Source of the DNA: the human T2T-CHM13v2.0 reference genome, Homo sapiens
Reading direction: 5' to 3' (one strand)
NCBI RefSeq assembly: GCF_009914755.1
Contig: NC_060933.1
DNA length: 64,000 bases
Below are positions 25,018 to 39,389 of the stretch, one piece after another; position 1 is the stretch's first letter, and the number at the start of each line of letters is the position of its first letter. The notes under the pieces are model-generated. The model searched no databases. It was not told the DNA's origin and was given only the letters and a program-made list of their open reading frames with translations. The position numbers and the translations under genes are program-made.

Positions 25018-26217
25018 TCATACATATAGTTTTAAGAGTAAATAATGCTGTTAAGTCCTATGATGAAAAAGAGTAATTCCCTGTCCCATTCTTGAGTCCC
25101 TCCTTATAGGCAATTTGTTTAAGTTTTTTTGTGTGTGTGATTTCTGGCACTCACCGTCCTACTTTTTATTAACATTCCCATTCAACTACTTAGATAAGTT
25201 ATTATAAATATCAGACAATATCTATTAACTTACATTAGAGAGAATGAAGACTTAGGCTGTGCACTCTCTCTCTCTTTCACACACACCCACACGTCCTTTG
25301 GAAAGTGAGTTTGCTTTTCTTTTCTTTTTCTGCAATACAGTAGCTTCCTACAGTAACTTCCTCCTGCTGGGCACCCTTACGTGACTATCAATGTTTAAAA
25401 TGTCTGCTTTTGGTATACTCCTCTGGCTCCCCAAGGACTCAGAAGAGATCCACATCATTACGGGAATCTGGGCGGCAACACTAATTTCAACGGATATGCA
25501 TCGCCTTTCATTTTAAACACATTTACATTTTCATTTGATGATGTAATTCTCCAAGGGAGTTTAATCTCTGATAACCAAAGTACAGTGAATCCACTCCTAA
25601 ACACAAAGTGGTGGCCTCAGGTGTGGGCTGGCTGAGAGACACGTGGCTACGAGCTGTGGACTGGTTTTCACTACATCTTAGTTCATTCCACAAATGTGCT
25701 AACCACCAACCCTGGGCCAGCTGCGGTGCTGGTAAACCATAAGGAACCTACCTCTCCAAAAGGAGCTTTCACTGTACTCAAGGAAAAGGGGGGGCTCTCA
25801 TTCTCTTCTTTTGCAAGGTGCTTACCAGCAGCTGGCAAGATCAGTGTATTTGGAACTTACTGGGGACAGGGCCACAGTGCCTCTGCCACAAGCCTAAGTG
25901 GCTGAGGGATACTGATCTCTGGAGAGGATTAGTGTCCCTTCCCAGCTTCCATGGCTGGAACATGGCCTGTTTCCCTTGATGGCCACTGTTGATGGAGTCA
26001 TTTACTGCTCATGAATTTACCCAGCCCTTTCTGCCCTGTCCACTTCTCCCTGCCTGCATCAAGGAGGGGTGCTGGTAGCCCAATTAGGAGATGCGTGGAA
26101 ACGAGTGGAAAGAATGAAGTTATGCCTGAGCCTGGGAGCCAGAGAGACTCCCTCTAGGAGGGGAACTCCCAAACCTGAGGACTCAAGGAAGTCTTTTCAG
26201 TTAGAAAATGGAAGGAC

Positions 26218-26865
<648 letters not shown>

Positions 26866-29294
26866 AGAAAATGGAAGGACTAACAAAAGCCAGAGCAAGA
26901 ATTCCTATCAAATGTGTTTTATTGCTTTGTTTATTAGCCATCTCCTCTATTAGAATGTTAGCTCTCTGAGTTCACCCAACTGTCACCCTTATATCCTTAT
27001 TCACTACCTGAAATGTAGCCAAGACTCTACTGAAAGATAAGTTAGGTTTCAGACACACTGTACCTGAGAGATCTGCATGACCCTCAGGGATTCTTAGACT
27101 TCAGTTACACATTATCTTAATTCACACTGTTCTGCTATTAAAAGTAGTGTGCCAAAAAAAAAAAGAAAAGAAAAAAAAAGGCGAAAAAAGAAAAGGAAAG
27201 CTTAAGTTTTGCTATGATTTGATATTTCTGTGATTATGTGGTGACAGTTTCCAGGAAGATTGAGGAGTTCCAATAGACCACCTTGTATCTTTTGCAGCAC
27301 TTGGGCTTTAATCACATCTCACTGACTTTCTGTTTGAAAAATTGGTTCGATGACACAGTAGAATCTACACACCTAGCTGCCTGCCATACTGTGATTAGTA
27401 GCTAGGTAACCAGAGAGGTAGATGCTGATACGTCCTCTCCCCAGATCTGCCTTACGGTGCTAATCCAATGCCATTTTCCTGATTTTAAGTCTTCTTTGTC
27501 TCAGGACATTATTGTCATGTAAGGCAGAAAAAGAAATGCCCTTACTGACTAGCTATTTTTCTTCTTTTCTTTATAATGCACTTAAAGCTGTTGCAGATAT
27601 GCGGCAGAAAGTGCCACTACTTATAATTTACTCAAAAAGAAAGAACTATGCAAAATTACTATTGGAGTTGTTTAAAATGCCTTTTACATTGCTTATGGGA
27701 GTAAAACAGCTCCAGTATCAGGCCTCTGTAAGCAGCAGAACAGGAGTTGGGTGGTTCAGGCCCTTGGTTTCCTGTGGTGGGGTAACTCTACTAAAGCAAG
27801 GGTTTTTTCATAGAAAGTAGCTAAAATCAGTCTTGGTAGAGAAGAATTTTCCTTACAGCTACTAATAGGATAAACACATCAAATGGCCTGACCGAAGAAA
27901 GAGGGACTTCTGCTTCCTCTGGTGCAGACTGAGACTCTTCATGGAGGCTGGAGAGATGTAATGGGCACATGCAACACTCTAATCCTGTCTGTAATTATAG
28001 AATCATTTTCATTTTCAAAATCACATGGATATTTAAGTATACTTCCTCTTTTAAATGTTTTCTGAGAAACAGCAACAGGGTCTGTGAGCTACTAAACTGT
28101 GAACACAAAGACTTTTAAAACTTACTTATAAATGTGTTTGTTACAGGCAATTACAGTTTGTTCACATTATTTCCAGAATCTTTGGCATAGGAAATTAAAT
28201 TTGCAGACATAAGCTATCTGATAAATAAGGCTTGTGACCATTAATCCATCCCTATAGATATATGGTATGGTTCACTTATTAGTAAAAAAAATCATTTGAG
28301 TTGACTCTCTGGGTCTAGTTTTCTCCTTCTTCAAAATAAAGTGTGCTTCCAGCAGATTCTAATTCAAACACAATTCAAAGGCTCATTCTACCACAAGGTA
28401 AAAACTTTCTATAGACTTAATTCACTGGAAAACAAAAGGTGCAGGCAAAGGCCAAATCATATGGATAGAAAAGGAAGTAAACCAAAACCTAAAGAGAAAG
28501 CCAGGTTTTATGGCGTGCCTGGCATGATAGTGGCAATAGGGATGATGGCAGCTGATGTCCACTGAGCGCCTACTATGGACTAAGTGTTTTACATGCATTC
28601 AGTTAAGACAACAACCCTGCAAGATAGGTATTATTACCTCTATTTACAGAAAAGACAACTGAGGTCAGAAGGGGCTGATGACTTCCCTAACTTCACAGCT
28701 TGTAAAAGGGACAGGTGGCCTGGGGACTGGGGTTGGTTTGGTTCCAAAGCCCATGCTGTTTCCACTGAGTCTTGCTGCCACCCCCAGCTGAAGCAGGGAC
28801 ATTTGGTCTCTCTAGAGAGAAAGGCAACAGCTTCCACTGAGCCGTGGGCCCCGTAACCTTATCCAGTAGAAGGAAGCACCACAGTGTCTAGCAGTACAAC
28901 CTTTGGCCATTTGGCTTTGAGTCCTTACTCCCCTACTAGCTGTGCGACCTCAGCAAGTCCTGCAACCTCTCTGAGCTTTAGTATTCTCACTTATAAAATG
29001 AACATGACAACTGATTCAAATAGTTGTTTTAAGGATTAAAGTGTAATGGAAAAAAGTATCTGGCAGATCACCTGGCCAAGTGTGAGTATTAGTAAGTGGT
29101 GATTATTATACCTGTAACTGTAAATGCAACTTAAAACCACAGATCAATGGGAGAAACTATGACCTCAAAGATGTTATTTAACAGACGAGCTAATAACAAT
29201 AAAATAACCTAGTGCTTTTTATGCTACAAGAATACATGTTTGTACATTCAGAAATTCATATTAGTATCAACAGTATCTAAATGATGTATTTTTA

Positions 29295-29715
29295 ATTTTT
29301 GTGAGTTTTCCCATTTTATTATGAGTATTTTTAAACCACAGAAAAGTTGAAAGAACTGAACACTGAGAACCCATATACCCATCACCTAGACCTATAGTCA
29401 ACATTTTACAATACTTGCTTGATCACATATCTATCAATCCATTTTTTAAAATGTATTTCAAATCAAGGAGGAGACATTACTACATTCACTCTGAACTACT
29501 TCAGCATACATAGCATTAACTGAAGCTCAATATTTGTTTAAGATTTTCTTTTTACTTTTAGGTAAAATTTACATGCAATATACACACAAATTGTACAAAT
29601 ACAATTTGACAGTCTGACAAATGTACACACTTGGCAATTGCAGCTCCCGTCAATATATAGATTCCCAATCAATATACAGATGATTAGCTTTACTCCAGAA
29701 AGTTCCCTCATCCAC
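29295..29715 (-). mobile_element. L1MB/MC 3'-end fragments
   Basis: acagaaaagttgaaagaa...cccatatacccatcacctaga; actccagaaagttccctcat. Confidence 0.6.
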
Positions 29716-31099
29716 ATTACATTTTAAGTGAGGAAGCTGTGGTGTACGGAAAAAAAAACATTGGGCTCAAGAATCAAAGGGTCTGGGTTCAAATCTCACC
29801 TGTATTACTCATTAGAAATACATACAAGTGTGCACACACACACTCCATGTGCTCTCTTTCTCTATATATTTATATATCTCCTTGGTTTTCTACCACAAAA
29901 AAGAGATAATGCCCATCTCACAAGGTCTTTTGTAAAGGTTAAATACAAAAATACCTGGAATACAATAAGTATTCAGTAGATGTAATCAAAATGGAATCAT
30001 TACCTTGGTACTTTCTACCTCTCTCCCACCTCTCTCCAATCTGAGGATATTGTCTTCAAAAAGAAAAGTAAGGACACACACACAAAAAGCAGTTGCAAAA
30101 GAGATGAGGGGGAAAAAGGCATCTCTCTGCATAGGCAGTAATCTCCCAATTTATCCACTCTGACTTCAGCTAATTAAACATCTGTCTCAACGGCCTCCTC
30201 AGCAAATTAGTCATCCCCACTTTGTGACATTGATTGTTGGTTGCAGCCTTTTCCCCACTTGCTACCATTCCCAGAAACTTCTAGGAGTTTACTCACCAGG
30301 CACATGGCAAGGAATGATGCAGGGTCCCCATTAACCCCCTACAGTTGCCCTTGGTGCCACTGCTGTTCATAATGCTGCCAGGCGTGTCCTTAGATCTGCT
30401 GCCCCAAAATAAACCGGTTAAGGGGTAACAATGTTTTTGTCTATATTTGTGACTTCCAGATTATGATGCATTTTCTAAGTGCTATGTACATGTACCAGAC
30501 TAAAGTATTTAATAAACATTTAACTAAAAATCTGTTTTTTAAACTAGTGTTGATGACAAAGCAATCAGGTAACAGAAGTTCTCAAATAGGAGGTGGATTA
30601 AAGTCTGGTAAATTATTAGACAGCTTTTTCTGAACATATAAACAAAAGCTTTGCCGGTGCTCAAAGGGCCAGCAGGCAAACAAGTGAAGCTGTGTGGCTT
30701 GGATGCGTGATCCATTTCTCTACATGATGGGGTGTGTGTGTATGTGTACGCATACACGCCTGCTTTGGCAGGAAGTGAGGTGGGGACGAGCTGTATTCTA
30801 AACTATAGAGCACATCTTAAAAATGGTATTCTGAAATTAGGCTTTTTCTCAATTCTTTTTCCCATTAAAATAGTCGTGACTGACCAAAGAACTATCTTTT
30901 AGAAAGATAAAATGGCTAATAAATACATTTAAAAATACTAAACGACACTAAAGACCCAGAAATGCAAATTAAAATGAGATACTGGCTGCTAACCATCAGT
31001 TTGGCAAAAATTAAAGGCTGATAACATTCAGTGCTGGTAAGGAGCTGGGGAAAAGGGCATTCTCACATACTCTTGGAATGTCAAAGAATGGGCATAAAC

Positions 31100-31397
31100 T
31101 TTTTCTTTTTTTTTTTGAGACAGAGTCTTACTCTGTCACCCACGCTAGAGTACAGTGGCACGATCTTGGCTTACTGCAATCTCTGCTTCCCAGGTTCAAG
31201 CGATTCTCCCTGCCTCAGCCTCCTGAGTACCTGGGATTACAGGCACCTGCCACCTAATTTGGCTAATTTTTGTATTTTTAGTAGAGACGAGGTTTTGCCA
31301 CGTTGGCCAGGCTGGTCTCAAACTCGACCTCAGGTGATCCGTCTGCCTTAGCCTCTCAAAGTGCTGGGATTACAGGTGTGAGCCACTACGCTCGGCC
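31100..31397 (-). mobile_element. AluSx
   Basis: Full dimer; TSD ggcataaacttttt. Confidence 0.92.
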
Positions 31398-31473
31398 AGG
31401 CATAAACTTTTTGAAAGGCAATTTGTTTTCCTCAACATTTTAAATAAATATTTGACAAGCAATCCATATTTAA

Positions 31474-31509
31474 AATCTAGCACAAATATGCAATCTAGCA
31501 CAAATATTC
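31474..31509. repeat. 18-bp tandem duplication
   Basis: aatctagcacaaatat(g/t)c x2. Confidence 0.85.
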
Positions 31510-32139
31510 AAACAAGATTGTTCACTGCATGTTTTTGTAATACTGAAAATTTGGAAATAATCTAAACATCCTTCAATAGAGAGCTAAGTTGAACAAATTA
31601 TTAGGAAGATAAAATGTGTGGTCACTCTAATATAGAATAATGCTTATGACATATTGAGTTAAAAAAGTAAATGCAATATCATATATGCTGTGTGACATAA
31701 TTACCCTAAAAACCTTAACACATATGTATTTTTCATGAGTTCACTTAACAAGCATTTACTGAGTATACTATTTGACAGGTACCTTGACAGATGTTGAATA
31801 TGTAAGTGATTTTAAAAATAACAAAAACAAAAAACAGGAATCCTGTCCACATGAAATGTATAACCTATATGTATATCTGTATGTGAACTGAAGAAAAAAA
31901 ACCCAAAGGATTTACACCAAAGGAAGTTATAGGAAACCTTCATTTTTTACTTCACACATCTCTAAAATGTTTGCTTCTTCCCCAACAAGTATTTAATTTT
32001 ATTTAAAAAATATCTTTAAATGCCACTACCTTCTTTTGATATTAACTCCAGGAGATCTGGCCACAGATCAAAGCTATTTCAATTCTCCCAAACTGTGCAT
32101 TTAGCTCTAATGAAAGAAATCAGATGTTACCATAGTGTC

Positions 32140-33165
32140 CATCCCTCCATTTCCCGATGAGTAGCTTCTACTCTTCTGCACACCTTAATTCAGGGCTCCA
32201 CTATCTGTTGGACAGATTTCTTGAGAGCCTCTGCATTGGTGTCTCTGCTTCACGTTCTTTGGCCTCTAATTCATTTGTACAATGCAGATGAGTGTTTTCT
32301 AAGAGAAATTCTGATTATATATTGCCCTTCTTTCAATAGATCCCCTCTGCCATCAGAATAAAGTTCATATTCAACACAGCTTACATACGGACATGACCTA
32401 GCCCCTGACGACCACAGCAGCCTGAACACTCTTTCCCATCCCTCTTTACCTGCCTAGTTTCTATTCATCTTCAGATTTCAGCTTGGGATGGTCTTCCCTG
32501 ACTCCCCAGGATGGAACTAGGGCTCCCTGCTTCCCATGTGCACCCAGGCCCTATACTTACTTCCATGTATCCCTTGTATGGTATTATAATTGCCTGCTTA
32601 TCCCAACTAAATAGAAAGCTGCTTGAGAGTAGGAACGATTTCTTGGTCTTTACAAAATTCTTAGTGCCTACACAGTGCCTGTTACAAAACAAGCTCCCAG
32701 AACATAAATGCACTTCTATTTTTAAGCTCACTTATCAGGCCTGGCCTGGTCGGATCTGGCCCTGCCTAGTTTCTGTAGCTTACCCTCTGCCCTCTTCCTG
32801 CTCCAATGATTTGGAACTTCTATGTTTTGTGACTACATCTCAAAACATGTTGTCTCTTCTACTTAGAATGTTCTTCTCATTTACCCATCTGACAAAGTTC
32901 TAATTAATCTTCAAGGAGCCATCAAATAAATCACCCCAGAGCATCTTTTCTCAGTCCCCTACCCAACCCAGTAGTTTCAAGTAGGACTCCCTTACCTGTG
33001 CTGCTTTAGTAGCTTATATACATCTGCTTGACAATTTACCACATTTTAATCCCTCTTTTTATGTGTACTCATTGGGTTTTCCACCTGATTTCCAGTGCAG
33101 CATGGCACAGAGCAGACAGCATGGCACAGAGCAGGCAGCATTTGATGACAGATGAACTAAACAGG
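32140..33165 (+). mobile_element. L2 fragments
   Basis: Pyrimidine-rich L2 phrases (ctagtttctattcatcttcagatttcagctt, aagctgcttgagagtagga, cttagtgcctacacagtgcctg). Confidence 0.55.
33098..33140. repeat. 19-bp tandem duplication
   Basis: cagcatggcacagagcag(a/g) x2 plus cagca. Confidence 0.88.
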
Positions 33166-33309
33166 GCATCTCAGAGCCACACAGAGCTTAAGAGCACAGA
33201 TAGCCCTTTCCTCCAGTGCCTTGATTAATCCTCACTCAGCCTCTCCCATGTTAGAGTTGAGGAAAGCGAGGCTTAGAGAGGTTAAGTACATCATTACACT
33301 CATATACAC

Positions 33310-33455
33310 TTTCCAGAATTTCTTAATTCTGAGATAGATTTTCATTTTTTAAAACATTTATAAAATCAGGATGCAGTTTACAATCAATATGTACACGTAA
33401 TGTAGAATTATTTCCTGAGAAGCTATTATTAAATTGGCGGTGCTCTAGAATCAGA
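33310..33455. mobile_element. MER104-like (TcMar-Tc2) DNA transposon remnant inside a MIR
   Basis: ttaattctgagat...aaatcaggatgcagtttacaatcaat...tctagaatc resembles MER104 as recalled. Confidence 0.5.
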
Positions 33456-34230
33456 CCCTAGTGAACCCAGGAGAAGGCTGTCTGACTTCTAAGTGTGTGT
33501 GTGTGTCTCCCATACCACCACACAGCCTCTTGGGGCATATGTCTTTTTTCTTCCTTTCAGTCTGCTTTTTCATTAATCGAATCCACACTTATGACTGCCC
33601 AGATGATATGAATGAATAGATTTTATAATGGAAAAGGAACTTCTGAAAGATTAGCGACTAGCAGGAAGAGTAAATGCTGGTCAAACATAGTTTTGGCAAA
33701 TGATATATTTCAAGTTTTTCTGAGGTGGCAGTTGCGAGAGCTCATAACACCCTTCTAAAATAATTGGGTCTCTAAAGTGGTTCCAAAAGATTTTTGCTTG
33801 ACATAAATTCTCTAAATTTCCAGGCTTTCTAGATAAAATAGTTGACTGCAATGCCACTATCTTCAACGTGCTGTACTCTATATTTGGGAAGATCCATCAG
33901 GAGCCTCAGAGCACTCCAGACAGGGAGAGGCTCAGGTGAGATGGAACAGTAAGATAAAGAGGCAGAGAAAGGAGGCAGGCAGGAATATTGAAGTCGGAGC
34001 TCCTTGCCCGGGGCACTTCTGAGTCACACATTTAAACACTTTAGCAGCCCTAATTTACTGTAGCATTTTCCCAATAGGTCACTGGATATAGAGTGTCAGG
34101 TCTCTGTTTCCTATTCATCCCCTATGCATGAGTGGCATCAGCATGATTACTTATTCTTCCATAAGGAGGAATAATTTTCTGCAGAATTTACTGCTTTTTG
34201 ACAAAGATCACTTAAACAGTTCTATTTTCC

Positions 34231-34263
34231 ATTTATTCATTCATTCATTCATTCATTCATTCA
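34231..34263. repeat. (TTCA)n tetranucleotide repeat (L2-tail type)
   Basis: Direct reading. Confidence 0.9.
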
Positions 34264-35159
34264 GTGTTTATTCTTTTAAGGATTATCTGCTACAGCATAA
34301 GGAAATCACAAATTTGTGTCCCTGGCTTACAAACTCTACTTTGATAGAAGAAAGAATACTGGATTTTCTGTACCAATTGCATGTGAAGTAGGACTCTCTG
34401 TTCAACCCTATAGCCAGAAGATTCTTTAGCTTACATTAGCCTTCAGAGGGCATTTCAGGCTAGAAGGGTGTTAAAAACCCTACTCCATCTAAAATATATA
34501 TGGGTTTCCCTTTTCCACAGGGCAGCTTAGGACAGGTGTATGTTGCTTTAAGAAAGCTAGACATAAAACATTAAAACTGACACCAATACAGACAAATTGT
34601 GCAATTACAAAAAGAATTCCTGGCTTTATATCCAGAGTCACCACAGGGTTCCTTTAAATGCTGCACTTCCCTCGTGCATTTAGATCTCAGAATCAATGAA
34701 CATTTCTGTTTACAGAATTTTAAATTTGTTCTCCCATTAGGGTTCTAATAAGCAACATGGTACAAATAAAAAGAGTATGGGCTTTGAGGTCAAAAAAGCC
34801 TGGGCTCCAATTTAGATTCACCATTTACTTACTAAGGAAACTTGGGTACATTTAACCTCTTAGAGCTGAGGAAAGTGAGGCTCAGAGAAGTACATCATTA
34901 CATATACAGTTACCATAGGTCCTTAATTCTAAGATGCACCTCTTTTTTCCTTTAACATTTCTAAAGCCTCATCTTCAAACCAGGCATAATAAAATCTACT
35001 TTCCAGGGATGTTGTACAGATTAAATGAGGTAATATTTCTAGGTACACCAAGGCACTCCATTCATTAGCTCCCATGTCGTTGGAAGGGGTCCTCCTTTTG
35101 GAAAGACCAACTCCTCCCATGGCACACAAATCCCCTTTAAAATAACTCCCCCTCCCAAT

Positions 35160-35437
35160 ACAGAGTCTTGCTCTGTCACCCAGGCTGAAGTGCAGTAGTG
35201 TGATCATGCCTCACTGTAGCCTTGACCTCCTGGGTTTAACCAATCCTCCCACATCAGCCTCCCCAGTCACTGGGACTACACGCATGTGCCACCATGCCTG
35301 GCTAATTTTTTAAATTTTTTGTGGAGACAGGGTTTCACTATGTTGTCCAGTGTGGTCTCAAACTGCTGGGTTCAAGCAATCCTCCTGCCTTGGCCTCCCA
35401 AGTGTTGGAATTACAGGTGTGAGCTACTGTGCCTGAC
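35160..35437 (-). mobile_element. AluJ with no visible A tail
   Basis: Alu consensus match. Confidence 0.88.
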
Positions 35438-35784
35438 TAAAATACACTTAATAAATAATAAATTCATCTGTATACAACTTTCTCAGTCTATCTGGCATGA
35501 AAGTAAGGCCTACTGTGTGTGGTATTATGGAGACTGACCCTGCTGCAGCCAGTCTAGTACAGCAGGTCCACAGTGGGTCACAGGCTCTAAATTCCGCACC
35601 TCCCCATGGCCTTGAGTGCCCAGGGTCTCTTCCTGATCTGTATCCCTCTGTCATAAGGCAATCATCAACTCTGTATTTTTTTCTCCATTTCTTTCAAGTT
35701 CTTTTATTTCTTTGTGTTCATACTCTCTGTATGTCTCTTATCCTCTTTGGGCCTCAGTGTATTTCACAGTGGTTAAAAATTTGG

Positions 35785-36145
35785 ATTTAATTCTATACAG
35801 AACTGAAAGTCATTGAAGAGTTCGGAGCAGATATGCTCTGACTCATATTTTAAAATCTCTCTTTGGTTGCTGTGTAAACAACAGACTGGAGAGAGGCCAA
35901 GAGCACAAGCAGAAAAACCAGCCAGGGTGCTATTTCAGCAGTCTAGGTGGAGAGTCATGGTGACTTGGACCCATCCAACAGAGACGAAGACAACTAAATG
36001 GATTCAGGATATATTCTAGAGGTAAAACTGATAAGACTTGCTAATGGATAAGATGTGGGGAGGCAGTGCAGGAAAAATTCAAGACTGACAGCTGGATATG
36101 TGGCTCAGGTGAATGGGTAGATGATGGTGCCACTTACTGTGCAGG
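35785..36145 (-). mobile_element. L2 body fragment
   Basis: tttggatttaattct...ggattcaggatatattctagaggtaaa...gacttgctaatggataagatgtggg...gatggtgccacttactg. Confidence 0.75.
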
Positions 36146-39100
36146 GAACCTGCTTTATCTCCCTTAAAGGGTCAATTTTACTACAATTTTTTTTTTTGGT
36201 GGGGTGGGGGGTTAAGTAAATTAAACTGCAAAGTAATCTGAAATGTTCTTTTTACATTAAAATATGGTAAGCCACTGCTTTGACTGGCATTGTCCCTGCC
36301 CTACTCCTAAACTGTTCATAGCTTAAATGTGAAGGTCATTGTTTAAATGTCAATTTCTCCGAGAGGGGCTCCCCAAACACCCTATAGGATGCAGAGAGCT
36401 CCCCTGCATCCTATTATTCTCCCTCTCAGCCTCTTATGTATACTCTTGCTCTAGAAAAAGGTCATCCTTAGGTCTGACACAGGGGAGCACATAAGTGAAT
36501 GTACGACATAGCTACAGATACGTTATGGATCGATATTTACATTTTACATGAAATTTTTAAGATACAACTTAAGAGTCCAACGATGCCATCATTGTCCCTC
36601 AGACCAGAACCCCCAAACCCTGTTGTACATGTTTACTCCCCCTCTGCTCCTAGTAGTACTTGGCGGAATAATGTTTGAGAAGCCCCGTACACTATCTCAC
36701 TGGTGACATTCTAGGGGTCTTGTGAAAACAAAGTAAATTAGCAAGCAATAAGGTGCTCTGTAATTCTAAACAGATATAGAGTTAGGAGGGAGTCCACTTG
36801 ACAAAGCTAACATTTTTCTTTCAAGTTCTACGTGAAATTTTATAAAAGTAGGAATGAATGTCACTAGGCTTATTAACAATATTTTAAGAACTTTTTAAAA
36901 GAATCTTCAGACTAATAAAAATTTGTCTTTCATATCAAAAGAATGGACAGGAATAAGAAAAAGTTAAGATGCTCCTGTTCAATCTTTCCACAGATAATAC
37001 AGAAAATCACCTCTATTTCATAATGAGACTACTGAGACAAGTTATGTGGAAAACTATTCTGCTTAGCAAACCCCACTTTGATGCTCTCTCTTCTGTAGAT
37101 CTAGAGGTATCTATATTTCTGTGTCAATGTTAAACATTGAAATTGATCTATTTCTCAGCAATGTGTCTGTCATGCCCAACATAATGCTTCAGAAGGCTAG
37201 GAAGGGCTGATGGTTAACCGCATTTTTAAATAACAACAAAGGTCACTGATTGTGAGGGTAAGCTTGACAGAGGGAGAACTTGAATTAAGGCCTTTATTCA
37301 CTAAATAATAGCTTAGTATATTTTGCTGCCTAAATCAAGGGACCTGACAAGCCACTCTTTACTATGTCAAAAACACACCCACCTAACTGTTAACATGAGT
37401 AAAGAGGCTTCATCTAATTCTTCTAAAACTGGATTCTCCAATTACAATTTTCTTAAATAGTAGGGACTTCCTGCCAATGCAGGTACATTCCAAATGTCAA
37501 GTAGGTCAGTAAAAAAAAATGAAAGGCTGAAGAGAAACTTTAAAAGAGACATTTAAAAATAGGCATAAAAAATAGACCTTAGCAGAGAATTGACTGAAAC
37601 ATACTGTGAAAAGACTACTATAGTATATTCTTTTCATATGAATATTAATAGAAAAAAAACCCATGCAGTGTTCATAGTTTTGAGTTGATGAAATAATTAC
37701 AAATAATGCAAATCAAAATTTTAGGTCAGTTACAAGTGTCTGTAAATGACAGTCTATCCTAAAAAGCAAAATGATTTTGAAACCCTAAGGGCTTCAATTG
37801 GCAAAGCTATTTACCTAAACAAAGAAGAGTTCCTTTGCTCAAGCAAATACCTACCACCTTCTGATTTTTCACAAATGAAAACTGGGGAAGGAGTGCCAGA
37901 CTGAAGGACAAGAGAGCAAACATTAGGACTGCCATTAGGCCTACATTTTGATTTAATAATGAAATGTTTAAGTTCTAAATTTATTATTATTATCAGACAA
38001 ACAGTTGTGTAGTCAGTCTGGAAAAAAGGTAAGAGAAGAGAAATGTCTGTGGGCAAGGAACAAGTTCACTGTCAGCCTATCAAAGGATTTCTGAAATCTT
38101 GTTGTAGCACAACTAACCTCTGTGATAACTACTGACTCTACATGGCATGTGTATTTTGATTTGAACTGGTATTTCCCCCCTTCTTCACTGACGTTCAGTA
38201 AGGGTAGCAAAGAGACAAGTGCTGTTCTGTACTCAATCAGGTAAAAGGGGTTTGACGACAGGGATGATCACTCTAATTCTGTTCCCAGACATGGGGCATG
38301 GTAGGCACATTTTTGCAAACACTAAGCTGGTCATTGTGACAGAGGCTCAGGAAGTGCAGGATGACTGCCTCTAACCTGGCATCTCTTTCCACCAAGTTCA
38401 TGACTAAGTTCATGCGTCATAATGGGTAACTAACAGGTATTTCATAGCCAACTGTGAACACCAACAATTTTTTAAGTACTTTCTATGTGTTACTTTCTAT
38501 GACAAGAGGATTTTCCTCTTTTCATTAATCACTCTCCAAAAAAAAGTCTAAAAAGTTCAAAAACACAAGATGTACCCTGCCTTTACCAACCTAACCTTAA
38601 ACAAATATCTTTACCAAACTGGAGATCCTTCTGTTTTATGAGACCAGACTTATTAAAGCTACAGAAAGAGCTTCTTTTGTTAAAAAGCTTTTTGGATTAA
38701 GAAAACGGACAGTAATTTATGTAAATGTATCAATCTCAATTGGCTTCTCTTGTATGAAAAGGAATAAATAACGCAGATCACTGTTTTTCAGATAACGAGT
38801 CCTAACTCTTTGCCAAGGATATGGCAAAGACTCTGATGGAAAAGGCAGTAATGTGTACACAAAGGTGAACATAAATAAATGTGTGTATGATAAACACTGG
38901 GAATGGACATAGAAAAACGGGTATGCAATTGGACAGAGACGACGGGAGACAGAAGGAAAGATACTTGCTCAGCTGTATCTAAGTAAGTTCATAGGAGTTT
39001 CATGGTCTGAAAAATCTGTGACAGTGGAATTTCTACTAAGAAGCTTAAAAAAGTTTCACCTTCTCCTTGGACACTTCAGAATAAGGCCTTCTTAGAATAT

Positions 39101-39389
39101 AATGCATTATACCACAAATATACTTTTATATAAAATATTTGGGACCAAAACAAGAGTAAAGAACCAGGATCCGAAAGGGTGAATGCCTACTAAATATCTT
39201 TGATTATCTAAAGCTGTTTAAAAGCTATTAGATTGGCACCTGGAACCCCAAAATATCCACTTTTCACTGGGAAGGAGTGGCTGTGCCTCTTCAATCATCC
39301 CCTAAATGCAAAGAAGTTTGACCCCCACGCAATGGATAAAAGTCACCCAAAAAATGAACAAAAGAGGTGTTTGGAAAAACCAGAACACC

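Larger units (their letters stand above)
30895..31700 (+). mobile_element. Old L1ME fragment interrupted by an Alu
   Basis: aaatggctaataaa...aaatgcaaattaaaa...ttggcaaaaattaaa...gtgctggtaagg. Confidence 0.65.

Noticed and set aside
32471-32903. 130-aa plus-strand ORF and overlapping 86-aa minus-strand ORF
   Set aside because: They fall in degenerate L2 sequence, with no recognisable domain or splice structure.
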